From: Balanoglossus misakiensis
Lineage: Eukaryota > Animalia > Hemichordata
Assembly (NCBI GenBank): GCA_040954595.2
Contig: CM082584.2
Coordinates: 5,460,110 to 5,524,109, forward strand
Length of the DNA stretch: 64,000 nucleotides
Reading direction: 5' to 3'
Positions 27,374-41,625 of the stretch are shown in pieces. The notes beneath the pieces are model-generated. The model was given only the letters and a program-made list of their open reading frames with translations. It was not told the DNA's origin and did not search any database. Positions within the stretch are counted from its first letter, which is position 1, and every line of letters starts with the position of its first letter. Position numbers and translations under genes: made by a program.

Positions 27374-30269
27374 ATGAACAAAATGACGAATCCACAGAGT
27401 GGAACTATTCTTGAAGGAGTTGGAGACGAAGTTATTCATAGCGTAGTTTTAATTGTATGTGCGGTTGTACCAGCAGCGATCGTCATGCTGCGGTAAGTAC
27501 ACGCACTGCACGCACGGTCACTCCCCATTTGAAGTAAAGTACACGTCACGTTGCAGTTGACCCCGCGAGTTATTAATTGTGTCATATAAAAACACACTTT
27601 ACACGCGGAAGTGAAGGCAGCTTGTCGGACAGATCAGATATGGGGGTTTCTAGACCTTGTGTTCCTGGATATTTAGGCCTTAGTGTTTTCAGCGTGGAGT
27701 TTTTCGACATAGAGGTCTTCGGACCCTAGCTAGCTCAGCTGCAATGATTGTATCTGCAGCGGGTGCTGCCTCAGCCTAGTTGACAATGTAGTGCGAACTA
27801 TAGTGTCAACTCAACTAGCAGCACCCACTGCAATCATTGTAGCTATTCGGACCCAAGACCTTTGGCACCATATTTTCGGGAAGAGTCTATGTAAAAGCCC
27901 CACTTTATTAATTATCAGACTTAAATACAGTGTAGAACAAAATACAGTTTTCCACACATTCCCTAATGTGAACCACGGATTGAGAAAAGTTCAATGAAGT
28001 TGAAGTGAAGGTCAAATGGAGGTAGAAGAACATGCCAAACAAATGAAACTCTAACAAAAATAGGGTTGTTAATTCCCATCAACACCGTCTTTTTTTTACA
28101 TAACTGTGATTGATTGGGAAGTCCTTGGTGCCTTAGAGAGTATTTTGCTACACCCGATGAAAAGTTGAGTGTTACATCTAACTGTGTATACTCAGCTAAT
28201 AGTATGCAAGGCTTTAGATGGTATAATGAATAAATAAAATTTGCCTAATTCATGACGACTGTTGTCAAAGTCGCAGTTACATGCAACACAACTTTTCATG
28301 AATGGGACCGTGTATATTAATCTTTTGATATTTCTTCATTTTGATGGCATAGGTATCAGAATAGAAATCAAAGTATTCACCCTGAAAATCAAGAAAGGGT
28401 CCGCAATGCACGTCGTCAACTAGGATTGAATGAAACATTGAATGAAGACGCACAAGATGGTGCAAATGGAAGACCTCACATTCCTAGAAGATACGCTGCT
28501 GATACTAACTGCCCAGTATGTCTACAGGATGCACAGTTTGTCACAGAAACAAATTGTGGTCATCTTTTCTGTGGTAAGGCATACTAATTATTTAGCTTAA
28601 AGGCCAGTGATCCTCTTAATATCTTGTGTACAAACCTTACCGTCCTATCCAAATGTTCTGCAAATTTTGAATTCAACACATACAGATAGTGGACTGCCTT
28701 CGCTTCCTTCCATATTTCATGCGCACAGTATAAGTAGACTTTAGTTTTGTCCCTTCTTTTCATCCAATTTGCTGTCTTTTACTGATCTCCAACTCTGGCT
28801 ATGGTCACTGCCATCTTGTCTGTTGTTAGGGCAACACGCAGAATTGTCGAAAATATCAAAAATCATAATTTTACCTACATTTATGGCAATCGTATTTAGT
28901 ATATGATAAAATGCTTATGCCTGTGTGTATATGTCATCAACTGATTAAAATCTCGTGGTGTACCTGTCCTGGGGGTGTTTTATTGCTTAATTTTAGCAGT
29001 GCTGCATTGAGCTCTCATCCAATTAGAATGGCAGATGGTAGCATAAAATAATATAATGACCACTTGTTTGTGTTGTACTGGTTGTGATTTATGTTTTATT
29101 TGTTCATACAATGCAGCTAACTGTATAATAGCTTACTGGAGGCATGGAGCATGGCTGGGTGCAGTTAGATGTCCAGTGTGTAGACAGCAGGTAGATAATC
29201 TCTTTCTATATTTTTGTGTACTTGAGAAATTGACCATAAATACACAGTGAAAACTCGAAAATTTCCGCTACTAGAGCCATGTACTAGCATCATAAGTTCT
29301 AAAAATAGCTGTCCCAGGCATATGCTCAGACATTTCACTCATCTTTCCAAAATGCAGACTAATACAATGGCCGATCCTTTTGCTTTGAAATTTGATATGG
29401 AATTACATATTAGGACAATTTTTGTGTGTGTGTGTGTGTGCGTGCGTGCATGCGTGCGTGTACAAACATACACTGCAAAAACTCGTTACTAATATCATCC
29501 TGATATTTGGTGTGTACTGTAGATGTGTACAGGATGGCACTGACAGAAGGGATTTTGTTACAATGGAGTTGTCTCTACCAAAAATATGCAGATGAGCTGA
29601 AAAACATGAAAATGGTCAAAACCCAAGAAGTACTGGTCAAATTCCTGCCTTCACTAATTTGCATTATTTCCCTCCCTGTCTTTCACATACAGGTAACAAT
29701 GTTATTTACAGATTTTTCAGAAGACGAAAGAAATTCTGAAGAAGGCAGAGCCAAACTACGAGATGTGAATGATTATAACAGACGTTTTTCAGGAGAACCA
29801 AGACCTGTGAGTATATTCGAAATAGCTTCTGATTTGCATATGACAACGACATGACCGACACTTTTCTTCACAGTTGTGGAATTTGCTTTGTCAAAAAAAT
29901 GTTGATAACAATTTTCAAATGAAAGAAAGAAAAGTCACAGTTGTATACACAGACTTGCATCAAATTTACATATCATTTTTCTTTTTTTTCTTTCAGTTTA
30001 TGGACTACTTGCGGGATCTGCCAACATTACTCCGTCATGCATGGGGTGAATTTTTCTCATTAGGGGGTCTGGTGTGGATGTTCAGATTACGCATTTTGTT
30101 ATGCGTACTGGCGGCCATTTTGTATTTTGTGTCTCCATTGGACATTATTCCAGAAGCGGTATTTGGATTAATAGGATTCCTGGATGATTTGTTTGTTATT
30201 TTATTGCTTTTGATTTATGTATCAATTATCTATCGAAATATTGTTGCCAATAGAGCAAGGGATGCATAA
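27374..30269 (+). CDS. RNF170: E3 ubiquitin-protein ligase RNF170 (C3HC4 RING, ER membrane), 5 coding exons, ~263-266 aa
   Basis: Exons 27374 (or 27383)-27492, 28353-28573, 29117-29190, 29693-29806, 29997-30269. Motifs ILEGVGDEV plus [97 protein letters not shown]. Confidence 0.96.
27736..27845. repeat. Hairpin element (agctgcaatgattgta.../...caatcattgtagct), family shared with 40330-40392
   Basis: Inverted arms visible directly; a homolog lies in SLC35D intron 1. Confidence 0.6.
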
Positions 30270-33200
30270 CAAATCAAGACATTATCCACTAATACTTTAA
30301 TTTCTATGGAGGCAGGGTCGTAATAAAATGTTGCCTATTGTAGATAAGTAATATGGACAGTGTGCAAATGAGCACAACACTAATGACTATGGGGGAAATG
30401 TGTTCTGTAAACATTTTATTATAGTTATTGGATCATTATGATTGCATCCTTCATAACAGGTTTAATCACGTTTAAGACATCCTTTAAAACGGAATATATT
30501 TCAAAAATATCTGGAACATGCTCTTCAGAAATACTTTTTTCAAAAGTTTTATTGTTTAGTTATTTGTATTTTATCAATAAACAGCTTATCTTCATTTTAG
30601 CCTCCATTTGGTAAATGAATACTAGTATATACCAGTGGGAACTTTGGGATCAGTCACTGTTCAGTATATACATAGCACATCCTCCCTCCCCTTTCCCCTA
30701 TCTCTCCCCCTTTCTGTCTGTATGAACAGTATGTACCCTGTGTATGTATTTATGTGTGTCTACCGCAAAAACGTGCAGACTACTGTACATCATCTAACAT
30801 CATTTCTGGCTCTTTTTGCCAAAACTCCCATCTTTATGATTTGTTGTTTATATGTCTGTGCTTTTGTTTTGTGTATGTCTTTGTAACACAATGTAAATAT
30901 ATAATATTTGACCAATTAATTTATATAGATTTGTTTATTTTGTGGTTTTGTGTCACGTTCTTCCTTTTTAATTAAAAACCCCTTCATTATGTTCTCATGA
31001 TGATTTTTTTTTAAACTTTCGAGGAATTGTCAATATTGTATATGTGGAGGAATAATGGCGTTTTTGGCAAAAAAATACCAAAATTTCCTTTCTTTGAAAA
31101 GAATGTCAAATTGCTTTATAATCTGGTTTGCAAGGGCCATTGGGAGTTATTATTATACGTTGACTTTGTGATAAAAATATCTATGATGAAAATATAAATC
31201 ATGCATTTTGGAGGGATTTTGTCCCCTCTTTGATCAAAAATTCTATTGCAGAAACTCTATTGCTGATTACTTTAATATTTGAGTGAGTTAATAGGGTGTT
31301 TTCAAATCTTAATGAAAATTTAATTTTGAATATTTTGTTTTTCAAAAATCTTCCTGGCTAAAGAGATACCGTACATTGCCAACTTTGAAACAGATTACTT
31401 TATCATGGGCAAACCCCTATTCAATAGGGGTAGGCTATATCAAAAGTAACAATTTACTCACTCACATCGTGCATGTTCGTCTGTTTTTGCAATATGATCC
31501 AATGTGCCCATTAACAGCCACTCTAATTTGTCTGTTACCAAAATACAAACATGCCTAAACTGACTCCATTCAGTCTTGCCGTTATTTCGTTATGATTTCT
31601 ATATCCTGAGTAATATTGTCCAAACATGGTTCAACATTTCATTCACTCAAAGAGTGTGATGTTCTATGTATAATGTAACTAAGCATTAGTCAAATGTCCA
31701 GGCCTTTTGTAATACGTTGCAAAGACTTTTGCACCAATGCCTAAACTGACCACTGACTGTCCTTGAATTCTGTGGTGACCTTGTACTTTGGTTTGGCCTT
31801 GCTAATAAGAGATGAAGACCTGGTTCTTAATTGACAAGGATCACATAGTTTATAAATTTTTGGTGAACTGTAGCCTACTTTGAATTGTTTCAATGTTTAG
31901 GTATTGCAGCATACCAGCTCTTTGATTGACGTGAGTCAATGATAAATTTGGACTGACCTTTGACTTGGTCTCTCTTTTGCCACTTTTCAAACATATCAAT
32001 GCAGACCTGAACCTTATTTACATGGGTCAGTAAGGGACCACAATTTTCTTTCCAAAGTCTGTGGTAACCTTTATACTGTAACTCATCATTGAATTATATA
32101 TTCAACATATATTTGTACTATGATGTTTTGCTATCAGCACCTACGGTAAAATTTTGCTTGTTTCTGTTTGGTAGCTCTTTGTAATTTTGTTTGGTAAACG
32201 ATATTTCGACTCCTGCTTTTATTTCATGTAAATAGTTTCAGTGCCTTAGCCATTGAAATAAACCTGTTGAATTTTCTATAGAAGCCTTTTACTTGATCTT
32301 TGCAACCATTTTTTAAAAATCTTTATACATATTTGTCCAAAGGACACCATGGTTCTCAACATTTATGTGGAAATAAACTACACCGTTCAATTTCACCTTG
32401 AGGATTCCTCAATGTCATTTGTTACCCATAATAATTTTGTAAAAGGAGACTATTACTAGGGAAGGACAAACACATGAAGACAGTAATGAAATAAAATAAG
32501 CATTTATATCAAAGACTCATTTGGATACAAATCTAGATTCATAGAGCAATAGGCACCAACTGATAAGATTCCAAATAGGAGCTAGAAGTATACAATAATC
32601 CGGCAATGGCAGTTGTATAAAAAGTCAACAATAATAAAAAATACACGTATATGCTCAACAATAATGAAAAATATAAGCAATGAATATACATTTGTACACA
32701 GTTATCTTACACAAATGTATTAGTTTGTCACCAAACAATGGAAAAGGAACCATTTGTCTGAAAAATGAATTTTTCCCTCAAAATTTTCAACAACAGACCC
32801 ACTGACACATCACATGCTGTTGTATTAATTAATAGATAATAATGTGTGTATTGTTAATGCTGAAAAGTTACAGTTCACAAGAAAGTTCTCAGAATGCCAC
32901 ACTTTACAGCACAGTATTAAAAAATCTTGTAAAATATCCACACCAATAAATAAATAACAGTAAAAAAATCTTGTGCTTGGAGGGGAAAGTTTGACATGAG
33001 CTGCCTCAGTCAATGGAGTCATACCAATAGAAACAGTCAGTATAAATGCAGCATACCAGAATATTTGATGAAATATAATCAGTGTGCTCAGAATGTACTT
33101 TCGAGAAGTCACGTACAGTATGTTTTTGTCTGTGGTAGTAACATACAGTGTTGATATAAAACTCAAGAAAACTGCAAATAGATGAAATCTTTTCTTTCCT

Positions 33201-33562
33201 TGCCTATAGGCAATGGAGTGATTATCATTAAGTTTTTACGGCTTTAACAATTATCAGTCAAAAAAAATCCTTTTGAGTTCACCAGCATTCACATAGTATA
33301 GTGGTCCATTTTGTATAAAGATTGTGCTTTCAACATGATTGATTTCACAAAACATTTGCAATATTGACAGTTTATGATTGCACGTTTTTCTAGAACCTTC
33401 CAGAGTAAATTTCAGTTTACCTCTATCAGTAATGTCAACTTACAGAGAGAATAAACCTTCTTTTATACTTAGTTTCCATGTACTCTTTGAGAATGTTTAA
33501 TTTCAACTTGTTAACTGAACATAGTTTGTGCAAAAAGAATGACTGTTACAGTGTTTCATCTA

Positions 33563-33784
33563 GACAGGTCCTGGGGGATTCACTCCCTGTTGACATCTTG
33601 GCAGCCCTTAGCAATTTGTCAAGGGGAGACCAGTGCCCCTAAATATGATGTCACTCACATGTAGGAGCTATTACATTCCCCCTTGCTAGAGTGGAATCCC
33701 CCACCCCAAAAAGATATATTCTGGCAAAGGGGGACATATCCCCCCCCTCCCCCCTGTTGATGCCATCCTGGATGGAACACTGCC
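33563..33784. repeat. Dispersed repeat (copy of 26120-26345)
   Basis: Colinear similarity over ~220 bp. Confidence 0.75.
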
Positions 33785-34152
33785 TGTTAACATCTTGTAT
33801 CACAGCATCAGAGAAAGTCTTGTTCAGCAATTACACTCAGTCCTGTGGATTTGCTGGACGACGGCCGTGATGTCTTTGCAGACGACAGAAAGTGGACTTG
33901 CACATTCAGCAAACGTGGGGGACACAAGTCCTCAACACATGCACACATCATGCACTTTTTTCACGGTGGCTGTTCTCATTCAAACACAATGTTCTGGCTG
34001 ATCTGAAGATTGACTTGATGGCAGATTGACTCGCGAGCTGATGGATGGAAGAGTGGGGTTGTCAGAGATGAAGCAGTAGATCAAAATCTGACGGCTGTTA
34101 GAGAGCTTCGCATATCAAGTTGTCGACATGTTGTCCATTCTCACGAACTTCT

Positions 34153-37100
34153 TCAGACTTTATTGCTATTTTGGACAGAGTTCGTACTGATTTCACTTAC
34201 TGGTTTTCTTTGCGGACTGCGTTCAATAAATGTGAAGTATGAATAGAATAAACTTCCCACAACACTGCAAATCAAACAGAATCAAATCATTAGTTTCTGC
34301 TATTATAACGTCAACTCTTTGAGTCATGTATGAGACTACAGCACTAAAATATTAATTGTATCCTGGATTTACCAGAATTTGCCATCAATAGAAAGTTTAA
34401 ATTTCTCCCAGCTAAATTAAATTCGCATGGTACCTTACTTCGTAACTAACAATGTTTGGATAGTGCTGGAGGTGTCATAGAGATGAAATAACTTGTTACT
34501 AGTTCAAGCCATTGTTTAGTTGGACAATTGTTGGTCCAACTAAACTTTCCCTTTTCAGACACTGTGGAGCAAAGCACCACACCAAGGAGCAAGTTCTGTT
34601 CGATTGGCCAAGATAGTGTAGCAAATGTAGTAAAGACTCCCGCAAGTTCTAACTACTGGTCTGTTGTCTGACTGGTCTACCATCCATGCCCCAGTTAGAG
34701 ATTTCCACCAAAATGAGAAAATTCTGGCCAGACCAGGAAGTATCTATGTGGGGAAAATCATGTGGTATTTTGTTCAACTTTTGAAAATATTTCCCAAAGT
34801 GTTGCACCTGTATCTGTTCTTTGTGCAAAGGACACACCGTATTCATGGTGGACTGGCAATTTGGCAATTGTCTCAGTATTCCAGACCAACAGCTCTCATC
34901 TTTAATTTTGTGTATTGTATCATGTGCAACAAAAATAATAATGCAGAAGAATTGAAAATACAAATACCTTATATTTAATCCAAAGAAATTCAGCATGGAG
35001 AAATAGTAGTCACCTCCAAACACCATTCCAATGTATGTCACTAAAATGTTCTATCGAGAAAAAAGACGCAAAGGTTATAATATCTAACTGAATACATGGA
35101 AGGAGTGAAACTAGTATAGAGCAGGTCCATTGACAGCAGTAAAGAAAAATGCAAATTTAATACAGATTTTGGGGGGATGATATTGAAGCATTTAAAAACC
35201 CCAGTAGTATAATGGTAAAAGTAGAAGTAATACTGTCAATAATTTTTCAATTCTTACTTATCAATTAATGAATTGATTAGCATTCCACACAGCATTGTTT
35301 TGTCATAATTTAAAAACATACAGTCATTCTTACCTTGATACAGCCAACCATAGTTGTAGTTAATGCTGAGTTGTAATTTGTACACAGGACTATAGAATAC
35401 ATTAATATAAACCTGAAATGGAAAATCTTCTGTTAGATTTTACTTTTTGTAAATAATGTTAAAGTAACACCCGTTCATATGGAAATTTAGCTAAAGTTAC
35501 CATGGTAATTTGAGATCTAGCCAATCACAGATTTTCAGTGGGTGCCACGCGTGAAAAAAGAGCACCAACATATTTAGAACACTCAGATTTGCCATTTATG
35601 GACATATGTAAATTGGAGGTGACCATGTACCTTTTACACTTTATAAATCATTTCTTGAAATTGTTCAACTTTTGAATCAAACAAACAAACAAAAGCAAAT
35701 TTTCAATTATTTAATATTTGAAAGAAATGATAATAATATAGCTTACCCCATGATACATGAAATTAAATATTGTATAAGGAAGGCCCGGTCTGTCCATGCA
35801 TTGAACGACAAGGCTGATGAAACTTGACCAGTGGCCATTGCTAATACTGTTGCTGGTATCAACATGAATAAAGCATTATAATATAGAACACCATATTTCC
35901 CAAGATCCTGCAGATCAAACCACAAAAAACGAGTTGGTACAGGCATCAGGTCAAGAAGTTAACACTGGATTATGATTTGTACAGTCGAACCTGTCTATAA
36001 TGGCCAGTCAAGGGATTTTCCTAAACTGGCCTTTATAGACAGGTGACTGTTATAGACAGGTCAATTAATGGACATGTACATTGCATGGGGACTGCAACAA
36101 CATGGCCACTATAGACAAGTGGCCACCGTAAAGAGGTGGCCACTATCACAGGTTTGACTGTATGACATACATACATGTATATATACAATATTTTATCAAA
36201 TGTAAAAAAAAATGGTTGCTTCATGCCTTACCTTAGAGTCTAGTTTCTTTTTTGTGTATACCCCATTAGCAGCTGTGCATATATTATTTATTGATATAAA
36301 TGTGTAGCCTACTGCATCAAATGATAGGTCATCCCTGTCACAAGAAAACAGATGTTAGTGAAATTCTCTGCAATAAGAAGGATTTTTCTGAATAAACAAG
36401 GGACCAACATGTAGCAGCTGGTAAGAGTGCCTGTTTAGAGCTTTCTGAACAAGTGGTTCTATGTACATGCGAAAGGAACTGTAAAAATGTTCAGTATGGA
36501 CAGGTAAGGTTGCAAGATTAGACAGGGTTTGGTTTAAACAGGTTTTACTATACACCTTGCAATAGATTGAAAAAAGCACATTTCACTTACGCTGCAGCAA
36601 CAAGAGCTCCAATAATCATTGAAATGATTACAATTTGTACTTTCCTGGAGGCTGTCACTCTGTCATACAAAACAGAATAGTTTTATGATGAAATGAGGGT
36701 CTCAATTACTAGTACATGTATTAAGTGACAGCGCTAGATCTGTGATCACTGGGTGGAAAGACGAACAACAACAAACACATCAATCTGCAAAGCTGAGCCT
36801 GGTGCTAACAAAAAGGTTACAAGTAACATAATGATCCTTACCCTAATATATAATGTTCAGCAATCATTGTCATCAATATTGAAAACCTCCTAAGTACTGT
36901 AAACATTGGTAAACTGAAAAATAGAATCATGCACCCAAATTACTAGAGGAATACACACAGTCACAAATCTGATGAATATCAAAAACAGCTCCCTCAATAT
37001 GGTTTAGAATCTGTTTACTGTACATGTGCAAAGGTTAACATTTCCTTCATGATTTTATTTCAATAATTTTCACAGAATATTTATGCAAAATACGACGCCA

Positions 37101-40100
37101 ATAAAACCAGCACTTACATTTACGTGTCATACATGTAATTCAAGCAATATTCATACATGAATCTGAATATCTCTTGTGCACGATTGGACAAATATTCTCA
37201 TAATAACGCATATGCTGCTGTTTTTGTAACTCACATATATACAATAAACATGCTTGTCTCAGTAATACAGTCAAACCTGTCTATAGTGACCAGTCAAGGG
37301 ACTTTACCAAACTGGCCTTTATAGACAGGTGGTCTTTATAGACAGGTTAATTTATACACATGTAAATTGTACAGGGACTGTAACTAAGTGGCCACTATAT
37401 AGAGGTGGTCACTAACACAGGTTTGACTGTATACACAATGACCAAAGTGCCTGGGTGTTTTCTTAGAGAGAATGCAACATTAGCAGGGAAACTGACAATG
37501 GTTTATCAACTTGGTCTCTGAAAATATCTTCGTATATTGGCAATGAAATTTCAGGCAATCAAAAAATCTTCATTGGCAATGAAAATTCAGACAATCAAAA
37601 TGTACCAGTGTTGAATGGTGCTTGGGCCGTGCAATGATGATACATGTCCATGTTTGATACTATGACGTGTCTGCCAGATTTAACACAGAGGCCAAATCAT
37701 TCGCCTCCTCCAGACTTCATTTATGTGGACCGAAAATATTTACCTTATCCTCTTTGTACCACCCAATCCAAATACTAAATTACCCATGTAAATAAGAGGC
37801 AATGGCCATATCTGTAAACAGAAACACAAGTATTTTGTTAAAAAAAACATTTTCTACTGGTACACCAGATAACAGGGTAGTGCCTGTACTACTCCCCTAT
37901 AGATCAGATAGGTAAATGGAATAGTGTGAATATTAAGTAACGCTATTCCAACAGTACCAGGACAAAGTTGGCGAACATCGTAAAATCGCTGATATTCTGT
38001 ATGATATATTTTAGTGTGGGTGTTAACTTATGAAACTGGGATAATATGGTCAGACATGCAATTATCAGTTGGTATTTTATCAATTTGTTTCTTCGATTGT
38101 AAATAAACATGAATATATAGCTAATTTGTTGGCATGTGAGAAATAGAATCTCACACACCAAGGACCCGGGATCAGATTTCTCACACTCGTGGACGATATT
38201 TTGTCACACAATTCTAGCTGCCTTTATAGACAGGCTTTTCGACAATTGTGTACATCATGGTACACTGCCCCTGTACTAAGTTTGAATTCAATAAGTCAAG
38301 GAATAGCTGAGTGATGGCTCAAGATGGATGGATTGGGAGAGGAACAGACAGATTTATGAACAGACGGAGCCCAATCCACTGAAATGTGAAAAATCTTACT
38401 TTGTCAGGTATTTCTCGACTCCAATCAGGAAATGAAATGATTCGCAATGCTTTTCCAAGGCCTAAAACCAATATTGTTGCAACCATCTGTAATGGAAAGG
38501 AAGACAAATTTAAAAGCGTGTTCACGCATAGATGCCTACAATAAATTTTCAATGATGAACTGAAAAGCTGAATTATTTTTTTGTCTGTCTCGTGCAAATT
38601 TTAATTTTAACCCACAACTTTTCACAAAACTAATCTTACATGTATGTTGACATATTGCATGTTGACATATTGCATTTGTAAGATACCAAATTGTCAATAC
38701 AGTGTTACTAACTTTTGGAAAATACCTGAACTTGATAATGGATATTAAGAAATGATACAAAATACATGAATTGAAAAACATCTTTTAATTGTGGATTTTA
38801 GGATTCTCCTTTGTAAGTCTAATAAAAATCTGTCATAAAATGTAGGGGTCACCGCGCTTATTATTAATACTGTGAATTTAGCCCATAATGAAAAAACAAT
38901 TGCAGTACCAGCAGAAATAACTACCCTACATCACATGTACATACCAGTAACACCTACAACTATATAAGAACAAACATTCAGGACATATGTACCAGTTTTA
39001 CCATACTGTACTTAAACAGTAAGATACCAGTATCTTACAGTAAAGGACACACAAAACTGAACAAAACTATGATATTACTCAACACATAGACTACAATCAT
39101 GTATCTCTCAATTGTAATGTTGGAACTACATGTACTAGAATCATCATGCATTTGGTTAAATGTTCATAAAAATACATGTACACTTGTACACTTAGTAGCA
39201 GTATAAAGTGATGTTTTTTTCCCAGCTTTTCATTGTTACATTTTGTATACTTACTTGTCCTAAGCCTAATACTTGGAAAGCTGGAAATCTATAGAACGAG
39301 AAATAAACGATAGTGCCATAAATGATATTGTAATTGTCTTACATAATTGTAGCTCATAAAGTGAAGTAAACAATGTATATTTTTAAACCTGGAAATAAAG
39401 CTCTTGGTCACCTATATGCAAGTTCAGGCACAGTTACATGTATTATGGCAACTTCTGATCTAGCCAAAGAAAGATTTTTACAATGTGCCACGTGAAAAAG
39501 ATAGTGCCACTAGAGCATGATACTGTTTGTGTTTTGGGGATTTATTATACAATCTGGGAAGTGTGGTACAATTCAAAACAAAACTCTTACATAAAGCACA
39601 CATTATGGATTACGTCCTCTCCCAGCTGTTACAAATGACTCAGATTGCAGCCTGTTTTTTTGGACCAAAATCTTTCTCTGAACAAGAATATTTCAATTGT
39701 TAGAATCAAGATATTTGCTTCAATTTTTTAAAATATGTTTATTAAACCCCTTTATCAAACAATTTAAATTAAAAATGTTGGCCAGTTTTGCAATTTGACA
39801 CATACATAAATATGAAATATATTTTTCGTAAGCTTTTCAATTCAATCTATGATTTTAGTATTTATTACATGAAGTACACCCGTCTCACCACCTGTGTGAC
39901 ATAGACTAGAACAGATCATTCAAAAATCCAAATCACCCCTGTTCTACGTCATCAACCAGAACTATTTCCACGGATTCATCGTAACATTGTTGTAAATATC
40001 TTGCAAAACAGAATTACAAGTTTAATATATGTACCAGTATTTACAGTACAGAAATGAAAAGTAAACAAATGACGGTTCCATGACAATATTGCTTGGTAAA

Positions 40101-41251
40101 ATCAATCAGAGGAAGGTGGAATTTGGAAAGAAGACAACCAAAGCAATGATCGTGGATGTGCTTACAGCTGTGCTGTCGAGTCAAGTCCGAGCAAGCCACC
40201 AAAGGCGACGGCCTAACACATCAATAAACATTAGCTTTCCATTGAATGAAGGAGTTATAAAAGACATTCAGGTGAAACAAAAACGTACTATTCATGATCA
40301 GTGTGGGTACTTCTGTGGTAGGTCCAGTGTAGCTGCAATGATTGTAGCGGGTGCTGCTGGGTTGAGCAGCACCAGCTACAATCATTGCAGCTTGTGTACA
40401 ATACGAGCGTGAAGTTGGCCTCATCCTCATCCTCAGCTTCGCCAGCCTCATCCTCATCCTCAGCTTCGTGACCCAGCCTCAGCTTCGTGACCCCAGGAAG
40501 TAAACATGAAAATTATCCAAACGATCGGTAAAAAGAACAAATGGAGTCAAAAGAAGAAATTCAATCAATTATTTAGACTATCCCATGTAAATTATTTTAC
40601 CTATATCGCTTTCGCTTCTTTTAGATCACATCAGATATACGAAATTCACGATAATTTTGAAATCTTCCTGAGGTCACGAAGCTGAGTCTGAGGTCACGAA
40701 GCTGAGGATGAGGATGAGGATGAGGATGAGGCTGGCGAAGCTGAGGATGAGGATGAGGATGAGGCCAACTTCACGCTCGTGTGTACAATAACATGTTTTC
40801 ATTCACTGCACTGGTCAGTGGCAAGTTTTGCAACATGCAGAATGGGTGTGATCGAATAAATCGTGTATGCGTAGTAGGCCCATAACGACAACGTAAGCCC
40901 ACGATCACCCCTGATAAGCCCAACTAACGCTAAATATTTGAAACGCAGAGAAAGATGGCAAGTACAAAGTTAGTAGAAACGGGAAGCAAAGAAAATGGCA
41001 CCAAGTGTCAAGTGGGCTTCCGGCGAAATACACTACAGTCACCCGTTCAGCGTTTGTGAAGTTTGGGTGAGGTGCTATTCAAGTCCAGAAACAACGTATC
41101 AAAATCGATATACTTACTTATAATTCGTCAGCACACTCTTGTTAACGATCACTATTAGAAAAGATGACAACCCGTAAAATACAGCCGACAGAATCATACC
41201 CAGCCGACTTTTCGGAGAGCTTCCGATTTGCTCTTTCGTACTGTCGGCCAT
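34153..41251 (-). CDS. SLC35D2: UDP-sugar transporter, SLC35D1/D2 (fringe connection/sqv-7) family, 11 coding exons, ~333 aa
   Basis: Exons 41251-41118, 39288-39255, 38486-38400, 37811-37744, 36913-36842, 36659-36591, 36334-36232, 35907-35747, 35412-35334, 35050-34968, 34264-34153. Motifs [89 protein letters not shown]1 versus D2 cannot be resolved. Confidence 0.93.
35980..36162. mobile_element. Tc1/mariner-like MITE
   Basis: TA|cagtcgaacctgtc ... acaggtttgactg|TA. Confidence 0.8.
37266..37431. mobile_element. Tc1/mariner-like MITE
   Basis: TA|cagtcaaacctgt ... acaggtttgactg|TA. Confidence 0.8.
40403..40780. mobile_element. Foldback/MULE-like non-autonomous element with internally repetitive TIRs and a 9-bp TSD
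   Basis: gtgtacaat|acgagcgtgaagttggcc(tcatcc)n tcagcttcg ... cgaagctga(ggatga)n ggccaacttcacgctcgt|gtgtacaat. Confidence 0.8.
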
Positions 41252-41334
41252 GTTGTCAAACTCTTCAGCACGGCGGAGTTAATTAAAAAGGACCCCTCAA
41301 CACAGTGAAAACTTTGCATTGCAAGTCCTTAGGC

Positions 41335-41374
41335 TGGTTCCCTGCCCCAATCCCACCGCTGGCTGCGCTACGCT
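41335..41374. promoter_or_regulatory. ~40-bp motif upstream of SLC35D, shared with the TMEM59 upstream region
   Basis: The core ccgctggctgcgcta is identical to 7968-7982 and lies within a short taggc...gccta bracket (41330-41400). Confidence 0.5.
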
Positions 41375-41625
41375 AAAGGGAAAGGGTCAGGCACGGCCTA
41401 TTGTAAACATGGCTCTCATTGGTCAATACATACGAACATTAAGTTGTTAAATTGATAAGTTTGTTGTAAGATACTCATTTCCCGTTCTCTCCTTCACCTC
41501 CATGAATGTTTATCATTCGATTTCCAACTTTACAACAAACGAAACAAAATAAACTGCCTGGATGAATCTTGACCGGCGTACGGACATTGGAGGCATCCAT
41601 CTTGTTTATGATCACGTGGTTTACC

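Noticed and set aside
40080-40457. Overlapping ORFs containing AAMIVAGAA on both strands
   Set aside because: Produced by the palindromic hairpin and the foldback element in SLC35D intron 1.
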